A stretch of 64,000 nucleotides of DNA from Flavobacteriia bacterium. GTDB lineage: Bacteria; Bacteroidota; Bacteroidia; Flavobacteriales; Weeksellaceae. The stretch is taken from positions 3,048-67,047 of the forward strand of contig JAECQR010000010.1 of NCBI GenBank assembly GCA_015999765.1, given 5' to 3'. Below, piece by piece: positions 9,574-18,483 of this stretch. Made by a program: the position numbers and the translations under genes. Within the stretch, counting starts at the first letter, position 1. Each line of letters starts with the position of its first letter. A model generated the notes under the pieces. The model did not search any database, was not told where the DNA came from, and saw nothing but the letters and a program-made list of their open reading frames with translations.

Positions 9574-10638
9574 ATGTCTGCAAACAACTGCGCACCACAC
9601 GAAAGAAAAAAACTTTCCTTCCTGGATAAAAACCTTACGCTCTGGATTTTTCTTGCCATGTTCCTGGGAGTGGGGATCGGTTATTTCTATCCGGATTCAT
9701 CAAAGATCATCAATGCATTTTCCTACGGCACCACCAATATTCCGCTGGCCATTGGTCTGATCCTTATGATGTATCCGCCTTTTACCAAAGTGCGGTACAG
9801 GGAACTTCCGAAGGTCTTTAAAAACACGAAAGTCCTGGGGATTTCGCTGCTCCTTAACTGGGTCATTGGCCCCGTTCTTATGTTTGCATTGGCCATCATT
9901 TTTCTGCACGATTATCCCGAATACATGATCGGGCTGATTCTGATCGGCCTTGCCCGCTGCATCGCTATGGTGATGGTGTGGAACGAGCTTGCCGAAGGAA
10001 ACCGCGAATATGCCGCCGGACTCGTGGCCATCAACAGTATTTTCCAGGTGATTTTTTATAGCATCTATGCATTCCTGTTTATTACGGTTTTGCCGCCATT
10101 ATTTGGTATCACGGGCTCCGAAGTCGATATTACCATCGCTCAGATTGCCGAAAGTGTGGCAATTTATCTGGGAATTCCATTTGTGCTCGGTTTCCTGACC
10201 CGGTATTTCCTGTTGAAAGCAAAAGGAGAAGAATGGTACAATACGGTTTTCATTCCTAAAGTTTCCCCAGTTACTCTAATTGCGCTGTTGTTCACCATTG
10301 TGGTTATGTTCAGCCTCAAAGGTGAAATGATCATACAGATTCCTTTTGATGTGCTGCGTATTGCGGTTCCTTTGGTCATTTATTTTGTTCTGATGTTCCT
10401 GGTAAGTTTCTTTCTGGGTAAAAAACTAGGAGCTGATTATTCGAAGAACGCAGCGATTTCCTTTACCGCGGCTGGCAATAACTTTGAGCTGGCCATTGCG
10501 GTTGCCATTGGGGTTTACGGCATTAATTCCGGACAGGCATTTGCAGGAGTGATCGGGCCGCTCGTGGAAGTTCCTGCACTTATTGCCCTTGTAAATGTGG
10601 CTTTCTGGCTGAAAAGAAAATGGTATCCGAACAGCTAA
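9574..10638 (+). CDS. acr3: ACR3 family arsenite efflux transporter
   Basis: [43 protein letters not shown]. Confidence 0.95.
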   Translation: MSANNCAPHERKKLSFLDKNLTLWIFLAMFLGVGIGYFYPDSSKIINAFSYGTTNIPLAIGLILMMYPPFTKVRYRELPKVFKNTKVLGISLLLNWVIGPVLMFALAIIFLHDYPEYMIGLILIGLARCIAMVMVWNELAEGNREYAAGLVAINSIFQVIFYSIYAFLFITVLPPLFGITGSEVDITIAQIAESVAIYLGIPFVLGFLTRYFLLKAKGEEWYNTVFIPKVSPVTLIALLFTIVVMFSLKGEMIIQIPFDVLRIAVPLVIYFVLMFLVSFFLGKKLGADYSKNAAISFTAAGNNFELAIAVAIGVYGINSGQAFAGVIGPLVEVPALIALVNVAFWLKRKWYPNS

Positions 10639-10661
10639 GCTGATCAATCTGATTTAAAGCA

Positions 10662-11150
10662 TCACTCCAGGTTCACCACCGTTGTACTCTTCACTTCCTT
10701 GATCATAAAAGACGAGTGGGTGCTGGCAATGTGCTGCAGGTTCGTAAGTTTGGTCACCATGAATTCGCGATACTCCTGAATGTCCTTTAAGGCGATTTTC
10801 AGGATGTAATCGTAATCACCGCTTACATGAAAGCATTCCAGCACTTCATGAAACTGTGTGATTTCCCGTTCGAACTGCGTAATATACTCCTTGCGGTGCT
10901 GCTCGAGTTTTACGTGGCAGAGTACCATGAAATCTTTCCGGATGAGTTTCCTGTCGACCAGCGCCACATATTTATCGATGACCTTAAGTTTTTCTAGTTT
11001 CTTGATGCGCTCGAATACAGCAGTAACTGATAAATCGAGGGCAGTGGCCATCGATTTGGTAGTTCTTTTGGAATCTTCCTGAAGCATGTGCAGGAGTTGG
11101 CGGTCTTTTGGATCAAGGTTCATCTGAAAAAAAGTTGGTAAAGGTTTCAA
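10662..11150 (-). CDS. Lrp/AsnC family transcriptional regulator
   Basis: LDPKDRQLLHMLQEDS, HTH, VLECFHVSGDYDYILK; divergent from the PLP lyase. Confidence 0.92.
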   Translation of the reverse strand: MKPLPTFFQMNLDPKDRQLLHMLQEDSKRTTKSMATALDLSVTAVFERIKKLEKLKVIDKYVALVDRKLIRKDFMVLCHVKLEQHRKEYITQFEREITQFHEVLECFHVSGDYDYILKIALKDIQEYREFMVTKLTNLQHIASTHSSFMIKEVKSTTVVNLE

Positions 11151-11282
11151 ATTCGTCCTCTAATTTAGAATTTAAATCTGAAAAACCGGCGTATTTGCTT
11201 TTTATTTTCGGTTCAATCATTATCTGCTTGTTTTATAATTGGAATACTGCCAATTTTAAACATCATAAAAACAATGATTACC

Positions 11283-12485
11283 ATGAAAAAATTCGACGCA
11301 GCTAATAATATTCAGGACCTGCAGTATTTCGGTGAGTTTGGCGGGGTGAACCCTTCCATCTCCGACAGTTCAACCTATACCTTCCTATCCGCAAAAACCA
11401 TGTTCGACACCTTCGAAGGCAATACGGAAGGATGTTATCTCTATTCACGGCATTCATCACCAAGCAATCTTTATCTTTCTGAAGCCCTGGCAAAAATGGA
11501 AGGGACAGAGAATGCCAACGTTACCGCCTCGGGCATGGGTGCAATAACTTCTGTCCTGCTGCAGCTCTGCAAATCGGGCGACCATATTGTATCGAGCCGA
11601 ACCATTTATGGCGGAACTTACGCTTTCATGAAGAATTTTCTGCCCGGTTTAAAGATTGAAACTTCCTTTGTAGATATTACCGACCTCGCAAAAGTGGAGG
11701 CCGCCATTAATGAAAACACCAAAGTCCTTTACTGCGAAACGGTGAGCAACCCGCTGCTTGAAATAGCTGACTTGAATGGCCTTTCCGAACTTGCTGAAAA
11801 ACACAGTCTTCAGTTGGTTGTCGACAACACCTTTTCTCCGCTGAGTATTTCGCCAAAACTTCTGGGCGCGGATGTGACCATTCACAGTTTAACCAAGTTC
11901 ATCAACGGCAGCAGTGACGCCGTGGGTGGAGTAGTGTGCGCTACCTCAGCATTCATCAATGACCTGAAAAACGTAAACAGTGGGGCCTGCATGCTTTTGG
12001 GGCCTACCATGGACAGTCTGCGGGCGGCAAGTATTCTGAAGAATTTGCGAACCCTGCACATCCGCATGAAAAAACACAGTGAAAATGCCCAGTATCTGGC
12101 GGAACGGTGGGAAAAAGACGGTCTTAACGTGAAATATCCGGGACTGAAAAGTCATCCTCAGCATAAACTCTTTACAGACATGATGCATGAGGAATATGGC
12201 TACGGCGGCCTGATCGCGCTGGATGTAAAAACCGTGGAAAAAGCCAATGAGCTGATGGAAATGATGCAGCATGAAAACCTCGGCTATCTTGCGGTGAGTC
12301 TGGGATTCTATAAAACGCTGTTTTCGGCCTCCGGAAGTTCAACCTCTTCTGAAATCCCGGAAGATGAACAGAAGGAGATGGGACTTTCGCCCGGCCTCAT
12401 CCGTTTTTCAATTGGTCTGGATCATGATATTGCAAGAACTTACGAAAAAATGCGGGAATGCATGGTGAAAACCGGTGTCCTGTAA
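11283..12485 (+). CDS. PLP-dependent Cys/Met metabolism lyase, plant-type methionine gamma-lyase-like
   Basis: YSRHSSP, ASGMGAI, IYGGT, ETVSNP, VVDNTF, HSLTKF (PLP lysine), LAVSLG. Confidence 0.88.
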   Translation: MKKFDAANNIQDLQYFGEFGGVNPSISDSSTYTFLSAKTMFDTFEGNTEGCYLYSRHSSPSNLYLSEALAKMEGTENANVTASGMGAITSVLLQLCKSGDHIVSSRTIYGGTYAFMKNFLPGLKIETSFVDITDLAKVEAAINENTKVLYCETVSNPLLEIADLNGLSELAEKHSLQLVVDNTFSPLSISPKLLGADVTIHSLTKFINGSSDAVGGVVCATSAFINDLKNVNSGACMLLGPTMDSLRAASILKNLRTLHIRMKKHSENAQYLAERWEKDGLNVKYPGLKSHPQHKLFTDMMHEEYGYGGLIALDVKTVEKANELMEMMQHENLGYLAVSLGFYKTLFSASGSSTSSEIPEDEQKEMGLSPGLIRFSIGLDHDIARTYEKMRECMVKTGVL

Positions 12486-12504
12486 TTTTATAAACCTATG
12501 TTGC

Positions 12505-12528
12505 AAAAGCTTCCGTCAGGAAGCTTTT
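12505..12528 (+). terminator. Rho-independent terminator
   Basis: AAAAGCTTCC-GTCA-GGAAGCTTTT just after the lyase stop. Confidence 0.75.
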
Positions 12529-12815
12529 TCTGTTAATCTGCATGGCGGAATTTGGGGGTACATATTAAATCTAACCCTCTGTTGTTGAGAAAAGAGGTAA
12601 AAAAGATTCAAAAGATAACTTTAATCATATTCCTACGTAATGGTTTAAACATCAATATGTTACCCTCTGTTTCATGCTTTTTATTTTACAAAACAGGGCG
12701 CATGAATAGAAATTCAGACTCAGTATGAGTTTGCCCGTTTGTCAGTTCATTTATAATGAGTACTTTAGCTGCCCCTTTGTCGGGAACTGTAGCCCGCACA
12801 AAAAGGTAAAGATTA

Positions 12816-13379
12816 ATGGTTATAAAAGGACAGCTTGTCGAAATCCCCGCAGATTCGCCGCTTTACACACAAGTGAAGCCGGAGTTCACTTCAAGGCTTG
12901 AAGAACTTCGCTGGGACTCCCGTACCCATCAGTATTCTTTGTTCGACGGCTTTCTGGTGGGCGGTCATCCCGGCGTGGAATACTTCCGCCCCGGACAGCG
13001 GAGAGGGATTGAGGTGGGTGGTAAAAAAGCTCCTCTTTATGTCATCGGCATTGACACTGCGGAAAACAGAATCTTTGTTGGAGAAGGCAAAAATCACCCC
13101 GGACTGTGGACGAAGGCGATCGCCTTTGACTCAGGAAGCATAAATTCGAATAAGGGCATTATCATGTCTGAAGAAGCGCTGCAGAAGGGTATTCCTGTTA
13201 GCGTACAGTCACCTTCACTTCCAACGGCGTTAAGCGCAACTTTAGTGGCTTTCGGTGCTGAGTTTTTTTTGACTGCAGAAGAACACTTTCCCATCACTGT
13301 AAAAGACGAAGACCTTACCCTTTATCACCGGAATCAACGCATCGCAACTATAAAAATTAACAATATCAATTTATTATGA
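12816..13379 (+). CDS. Stand-alone MnmA-like PRC-barrel/C-terminal domain protein (no catalytic domain)
   Basis: GGHPGVEYFRPGQRRGIEVGGKKAPLYVIGIDTAENRIFVGEGKNHPGL matches the MnmA central barrel; no SGGVDS PP-loop. Confidence 0.7.
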   Translation: MVIKGQLVEIPADSPLYTQVKPEFTSRLEELRWDSRTHQYSLFDGFLVGGHPGVEYFRPGQRRGIEVGGKKAPLYVIGIDTAENRIFVGEGKNHPGLWTKAIAFDSGSINSNKGIIMSEEALQKGIPVSVQSPSLPTALSATLVAFGAEFFLTAEEHFPITVKDEDLTLYHRNQRIATIKINNINLL

Positions 13380-15121
13380 AACTAAAATTATCATTTTTAG
13401 TAAGTATTTTTTCGTTCTTACTTTATGCGCAGAGCGCTCCGTCTTATTATTCCGGAGTTAATTTCAACAAAACCGGCAATGCCCTGAAAAGCGAACTGGC
13501 GTCTTTGATTACCACGACTCACACCAAAACAATTTCCTACAGCGAGCTGCAGACTCTGATGAAAACGAGTGATGTAGATCCTGACAAACCGGGAAATCTT
13601 CTTCTGATTTACGGCTCCCAGGCATCAGGAACTCACCAGAGAAGCCGTCCTGTAGGAGGAACCTGGAACCGCGAACACGTGTATGCAAAATCTAAAGGAA
13701 CCCCGAATCTTGGAACTTCAGGTCCCGGAGCTGACGGGCATCACCTGAGACCGGCAGACAATACCCTGAACAGTACCAGAGGCAGTCTTCTTTTTGATGA
13801 CGGCGCAGGTGCAACTGCCTATAAAACCAGCCGTGGCGGATGGTATCCGGGTGACGAATGGAAAGGTGATGTAGCCAGAATCCTGATGTATATGTATGTA
13901 AGATACAATACCAGATGTCTGCCGCTGAATATCACCATGAACCCGAATACCTATTCACAGGATTTCCCGGATATTTTGCTCAAATGGAATATTGAAGATC
14001 CTGTATCAGGTTTTGAAATCCAGAGAAACAATGTAGTAGCTCAAACCCAGAAAAACAGAAACCCGTTTATCGACAATCCTTATCTGGCTACTGTAATCTG
14101 GGGAGGTCCGGCAGCACAGAACAACTGGCCTGATACCTTCAGTGGAGGAACTGCCGGAGATACAGAAGCCCCGAGTGTTCCGATGAATCTTGCGGTTACA
14201 GCAGCTACCTCATCAAGTATCTCTCTGAGCTGGGATGCCTCAACTGACAATGTATCGGTAAGCAGTTATGACGTATACGTAAACGGTGCGTTCAAATCGA
14301 ATGTATTTGGAACCACAGCAACGGTTTCAGGATTGAATCCGTCTACGACTTACACTTTCCATGTGGTAGCGAAAGATTCTTCAGGAAACGCTTCGGGGAA
14401 CAGTACAGCGGTAGAAGGAACTACACAGGAAGGCAGCACCGGAGAGGGCACAACCTGCGGTACTGAAGATTTCGAAAATATGCCGGCGGTTTCTTCGTCG
14501 TATGCCGACAGAACCTGGTCTAATAAAGGAATTGTATGGACTGCTACTTATGCAAGAACTGATGCACAGGTTTATATTGACGGATCAAGCAGAGCGATCT
14601 GTCTTAGAAAAGGGTCACTGAAATCTTCTGTAATTTCAGGCGGTATCGGCTCATTTACTGTAACAACCTATCTTCCGTTCAGTGATTCTAATGGCAACTA
14701 TATCTTAAAGATCAATGGAGAAGTAAAAGGGCAGATTCCGTATTCAAAAACCAAAACTACCACTACCATCGAAGGTATCAATGTAGCAGGAAATGTAGTT
14801 ATTGAACTGATCGATGAGATCACCAGCAACCGTGTTTCTTTTGATAACCTCAGCTGGACCTGCTATTCGGCGATGGCAACTGATGATACTTCGGTTAGAA
14901 ACCAGAAACTTACGGTGTATCCTAACCCAGTAAAAAATCAGGAATTCTTCGTTACCGGAATCATCAAAAAGGAAACGGTGAAAATTTACAGTGTGACAGG
15001 ACAATTGCTTCAGACTCTTCCTAATGTAGGAAACAACGAAAGCCTGCAGCTGAAATCACTGCCGAAAGGACTGTATTTTATCACGACTTCAACCCAGTCT
15101 GCGAAGATGATCGTTGAATAG
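13376..15121 (+). CDS. Secreted endonuclease I family DNase with fibronectin type III and T9SS C-terminal domains
   Basis: WNREHVYAKS, DGHHLRPAD...NSTRGS, KGDVARILMYMYVRY, RNPFIDNP; FN3 DTEAPSVP...SLSWDASTDN; CTD VYPNP. Confidence 0.92.
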   Translation: MKLKLSFLVSIFSFLLYAQSAPSYYSGVNFNKTGNALKSELASLITTTHTKTISYSELQTLMKTSDVDPDKPGNLLLIYGSQASGTHQRSRPVGGTWNREHVYAKSKGTPNLGTSGPGADGHHLRPADNTLNSTRGSLLFDDGAGATAYKTSRGGWYPGDEWKGDVARILMYMYVRYNTRCLPLNITMNPNTYSQDFPDILLKWNIEDPVSGFEIQRNNVVAQTQKNRNPFIDNPYLATVIWGGPAAQNNWPDTFSGGTAGDTEAPSVPMNLAVTAATSSSISLSWDASTDNVSVSSYDVYVNGAFKSNVFGTTATVSGLNPSTTYTFHVVAKDSSGNASGNSTAVEGTTQEGSTGEGTTCGTEDFENMPAVSSSYADRTWSNKGIVWTATYARTDAQVYIDGSSRAICLRKGSLKSSVISGGIGSFTVTTYLPFSDSNGNYILKINGEVKGQIPYSKTKTTTTIEGINVAGNVVIELIDEITSNRVSFDNLSWTCYSAMATDDTSVRNQKLTVYPNPVKNQEFFVTGIIKKETVKIYSVTGQLLQTLPNVGNNESLQLKSLPKGLYFITTSTQSAKMIVE

Positions 15122-15149
15122 GGCATATACCGTAATTCATTTAAACAGC

Positions 15150-15179
15150 AAAGCCGGAAGATATTCTTCCGGCTTTTTT
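15150..15179 (+). terminator. Rho-independent terminator
   Basis: AAAGCCGGAAGA-TAT-TCTTCCGGCTTTTTT. Confidence 0.8.
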
Positions 15180-15412
15180 ATACCCTCGCTCGTGATATTC
15201 AGTCCATTTAAAAGACCATATTTCTACATCCCGGGAAGCGTGTATAAAACTGAAAAACATTTATATGAATACGGTTATACGGGTTAATTAATCAACATTT
15301 TATTAATAAGTTGTTAAACATATTCATTTTATTTCTGTTATTGTTGAATAAAATTAAAGTAGCTTTACATCGTGAAATTTCCGTGATTTATTATTCTTTA
15401 AAACCACAAGTC

Positions 15413-16072
15413 ATGAAAACCATAAAAGTTCTCCTCAGTCCCTTTCGTATGATCGTTCCTGCGCTGCTTGTCTCCATCAGCAGTATCGCACAAAATCTAA
15501 AACCCAGCCTCGATAAAATTGTTGAAACCAGTTTTGAAGTCAAAGATTTTGAGGTTTGGAAGCCGGTGTTTATGAAGGATTCATTAAGCCGCCGGAACAA
15601 TGGTGTAGAAATGATTGTCATCAGTTCTAAAATTGACCATCCAAAGCACATGATGTTTGTTGGGATGATTAAAGAAGTGGAGCAGGCCAAAAAGGCGTTG
15701 AAAAACACTGATTTTCTCGGTGGGTCTGAAGCTGGTGGGGATATTTCCAATTTAAAGTCTGAGTTTTATGAAGTTCTGCGGTTTAATCCCGATGCCAACG
15801 AACCTCAATGGCTTATTATGAACTTTAAAATCAAAGATTATATCCAATGGGTGAATGCTTTCGATGCCGGTCAGAAACTCCGTGCTGATGCGGCACTCAT
15901 GGATGTGTTAATTGCAAAGGATGTAGAACAGCCCCTTAAAATACAGGTCGTTCTCGATATTACAGATCTTAATAAGGCGAAAGCATTCATGACCTCTGAA
16001 ATCCTCAAAGAGAAGATGAAAAGTGCCGGCGTAATCGGTAAACCCGATGTCGAATACTACGAAGGACGCTGA
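15413..16072 (+). CDS. Exported hypothetical protein with two tandem ferredoxin-like (DUF3764/ABM-like) repeats
   Basis: Start moved to MKTIKVLL (15413); repeats FEVKDFEVWKPVF...EQAKKAL and FKIKDYIQWVNAF...NKAKAFM. Confidence 0.65.
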   Translation: MKTIKVLLSPFRMIVPALLVSISSIAQNLKPSLDKIVETSFEVKDFEVWKPVFMKDSLSRRNNGVEMIVISSKIDHPKHMMFVGMIKEVEQAKKALKNTDFLGGSEAGGDISNLKSEFYEVLRFNPDANEPQWLIMNFKIKDYIQWVNAFDAGQKLRADAALMDVLIAKDVEQPLKIQVVLDITDLNKAKAFMTSEILKEKMKSAGVIGKPDVEYYEGR

Positions 16073-16092
16073 AAGTTCTCAAAAACAAAGAA

Positions 16093-16578
16093 CTAGAAGG
16101 CTTTCAATAGCTCACCGATAATTTTCTGGGTATATAACTTCTGATTTTCAGACAGGGTTTTTTCCGCTTCGCCCTTTATTCTTTTTGAAACGATAATTTT
16201 ACCTTTTTTGCTTACCGCAATATAGGCGTAACAGTTTGTTATCCCTTTTTCGGGCACAGGTTGTGCGTACCCTGTAATCGCAATACCTGCTTCAGCATTA
16301 AACTTTCCTGCCGCCGACAACGACATTTGTTCCGCAATCTCTTTTGAAACCGAATCACACGCCTCTGCCATAATAGGGTTGACGTCAAGATGCATGGCTT
16401 TCTGCCCTGCATTATACACCGTGATGCCGCCCTGAAAAAAAGACATTGCATCCGGAGCCTGAGATAAGGTAAGTTGAATCATTCCGGAAGTGCAGCTTTC
16501 AGCAACAGCCACCGTTATGTGGTTTTTTATGAATAATTGGGAAACCAAGGCAAGGTTTTTGTTATCAATAGTTTGCAT
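16093..16578 (-). CDS. cinA: CinA C-terminal (NMN deamidase PncC-like) protein
   Basis: VAVAESCTSG, FQGGITVYNA, VSKEIAEQM, GIAITGYA. Confidence 0.85.
   Translation of the reverse strand: MQTIDNKNLALVSQLFIKNHITVAVAESCTSGMIQLTLSQAPDAMSFFQGGITVYNAGQKAMHLDVNPIMAEACDSVSKEIAEQMSLSAAGKFNAEAGIAITGYAQPVPEKGITNCYAYIAVSKKGKIIVSKRIKGEAEKTLSENQKLYTQKIIGELLKAF
16548..16561 (+). promoter_or_regulatory. Sigma-54-like -24/-12 motif for the FAD/Rieske operon
   Basis: AGGCAAGGTTTTTG, about 120 nt upstream of ATG 16683, lying inside the 5' end of cinA. Confidence 0.45.
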
Positions 16579-16667
16579 TTTTCTGTTTATTTTTAAAATA
16601 TCCTTTTTATTTTACGGTTATTAATACATTATATATAATAAGTGAACATTTCATCTTATCCGGGAAA

Positions 16668-16681
16668 CAAAAATAATTCCA
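16668..16681 (-). promoter_or_regulatory. Sigma-54-like motif for cinA
   Basis: Minus strand TGGAATTATTTTTG, about 90 nt upstream of ATG 16578. Confidence 0.4.
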
Positions 16682-16682
16682 A

Positions 16683-18194
16683 ATGAAAAGAGACGGCACA
16701 AACAAAAGCATCTGGCAAAACGATTCATCATTCCTGCAGAATACCACAGAAATGCCGGACACGGTCGATACAATAATTGTGGGTGCGGGGCTCACCGGTA
16801 TAAGTCTGGCATATGAACTTCAGAAGCGCGGGCAGCGGTGTCTGGTTATCGAACAGCACGATATCGGGTCCGGAACGACCGGAGGTACCACTGCGCATAT
16901 CAATAATTTTTTTGATGTATCTTATGATCAGCTGATCAGCCGTTTTGGTTTGGATGCCGCCACCGTGGTAGGTGAAAATGCCGGAAAGGTAGCTGACAGG
17001 ATAGCTGAAAACATTCAGGAATGCGGAATTTCCTGCGATTTCGACCGCTGCAGTTTCTATCTTATAAGTACGGAAGAAAAGCATGATAAGCAGCTCTCAG
17101 ATATTTTTTCCGCTCATCAGGAATTGGGAATTCCCGGACGGCAGGTGACGGAGATTCCCTTTACAGTGCCTTTCCGTGAAGCGATTGAAATTGAAGGACA
17201 GGCACAGTTTCATCCTCTCAGATATATTACCGCTCTTGCCCATGAATTCGAGGTGAGAGGTGGAGCAATATTGCTCAACACTCGGATCAGCAGTCATCAA
17301 TCCAGCGCTGACAGCGTAGAGGTTTTTACCGAATTCGGAAGAAAATTCACTGCTAAGAATTTGGTTTGGGCCACTCATATTCCTCCCGGAATCACCCGCT
17401 TCAGCACGATGAATGCACCGTACCGCAGCTATGCCCTTGCAGCGAAACTTGATAGTCCGCCACCGAAGCTCGCGCAGGGAGCAGATTTATACGATCCCTA
17501 TCATTATTTCCGCTATCATGAGATTGACGGTCTATGGCATCTGATCATTGGTGGGTTCGACCATAAAACAGGACATGAACAGGATACGGAGAGACCTTTT
17601 GGAGCATTGAAGGCTTACGCGCAGGATCACTTTGTTTTTACTGAAATCGTTGAACAGTGGTCTGCGCAGTATTATGTGCCCGTGGACGGTTTGCCGTACA
17701 TCGGTAGAATGCCTGGTGAAGATCATGTCTTTATCGCAACAGGATATAACGGTAACGGAATGACCTGGGGAACCCTGGCGGCGGATATTATTGCAGATCT
17801 GATAGACGGTCTGGAAAACGGACTTGCGGAAACCGTATCTCCCTCCCGTTTGGAATTCACTGCCAGTGCACGGGAGTTTGTGAAGGAAAATGTTGATGTC
17901 GTATTTCATCTGATCAAAGACCGTTTTGCAGCTGATAAAAAGGCTGAGCTCGATTCGCTTGAAAACGGGGAAGGAAAAGTAATTGTCTTTGAAGGAAAAA
18001 ATGTGGCCGCGTACCGCGATGAGCAGGGTGCGGTAAAACTTCTTTCTGCTGCATGCCCTCACATGGGTTGCACAGTGAATTTCAATACCTCCGAAAAAAC
18101 CTGGGACTGTCCTTGCCACGGTTCGAGATTCGATACAGACGGTAATCTTCTTACAGCACCGGCTACCGAGAATCTTAAACCGATTAACCTCTAA
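16683..18194 (+). CDS. FAD-dependent oxidoreductase with C-terminal Rieske 2Fe-2S domain (YhfW-like)
   Basis: IVGAGLTG, GSGTTGGTTAH, ATGYNGNGMTWG; Rieske CPHMGC...WDCPCHGSRF. Confidence 0.92.
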   Translation: MKRDGTNKSIWQNDSSFLQNTTEMPDTVDTIIVGAGLTGISLAYELQKRGQRCLVIEQHDIGSGTTGGTTAHINNFFDVSYDQLISRFGLDAATVVGENAGKVADRIAENIQECGISCDFDRCSFYLISTEEKHDKQLSDIFSAHQELGIPGRQVTEIPFTVPFREAIEIEGQAQFHPLRYITALAHEFEVRGGAILLNTRISSHQSSADSVEVFTEFGRKFTAKNLVWATHIPPGITRFSTMNAPYRSYALAAKLDSPPPKLAQGADLYDPYHYFRYHEIDGLWHLIIGGFDHKTGHEQDTERPFGALKAYAQDHFVFTEIVEQWSAQYYVPVDGLPYIGRMPGEDHVFIATGYNGNGMTWGTLAADIIADLIDGLENGLAETVSPSRLEFTASAREFVKENVDVVFHLIKDRFAADKKAELDSLENGEGKVIVFEGKNVAAYRDEQGAVKLLSAACPHMGCTVNFNTSEKTWDCPCHGSRFDTDGNLLTAPATENLKPINL

Positions 18195-18437
18195 ATGAAG
18201 TACATAATGGAAGCATCAAATCCTGTAACTCCCCGCGGAACTGCCGTGACGATCCCGGGTGAGACCACAAGAATCCAGCATAACCTGGGAACCACAGATA
18301 TTATAGTCGCCCTGTATAATGTCGCTACCGGAAACGAGCTCAACAGTGGCATTACCATTATCGATAAAGATTCGGTGATGATTACTACCGCCAGCGGTGC
18401 ACCTGAACAAATAAGGGTGGTAATCGTTGGTCTCTGA
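18195..18437 (+). CDS. Small hypothetical beta-rich protein with HNLGT motif
   Basis: 80-aa ORF abutting the upstream stop; IQHNLGTTDIIVALY. Confidence 0.6.
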   Translation: MKYIMEASNPVTPRGTAVTIPGETTRIQHNLGTTDIIVALYNVATGNELNSGITIIDKDSVMITTASGAPEQIRVVIVGL

Positions 18438-18483
18438 TTTCCTGTTTAATGAAGCACATCATCTGAATTTTAAAATAATCAAA

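Noticed and set aside
12816-13379. Functional mnmA
   Set aside because: It lacks the N-terminal PP-loop/catalytic domain, and I recognised no upstream fragment in 12490-12815.
15311-15412. Extended 5' ends given by the ORF track (also 2760, 5953, 18427, 27535, 30601, 33894, 44721, 44787, 47336)
   Set aside because: The extensions run through AT-rich promoter or leader DNA. Downstream ATGs match family N-termini and lie after TAnnTTTG boxes where these are visible.
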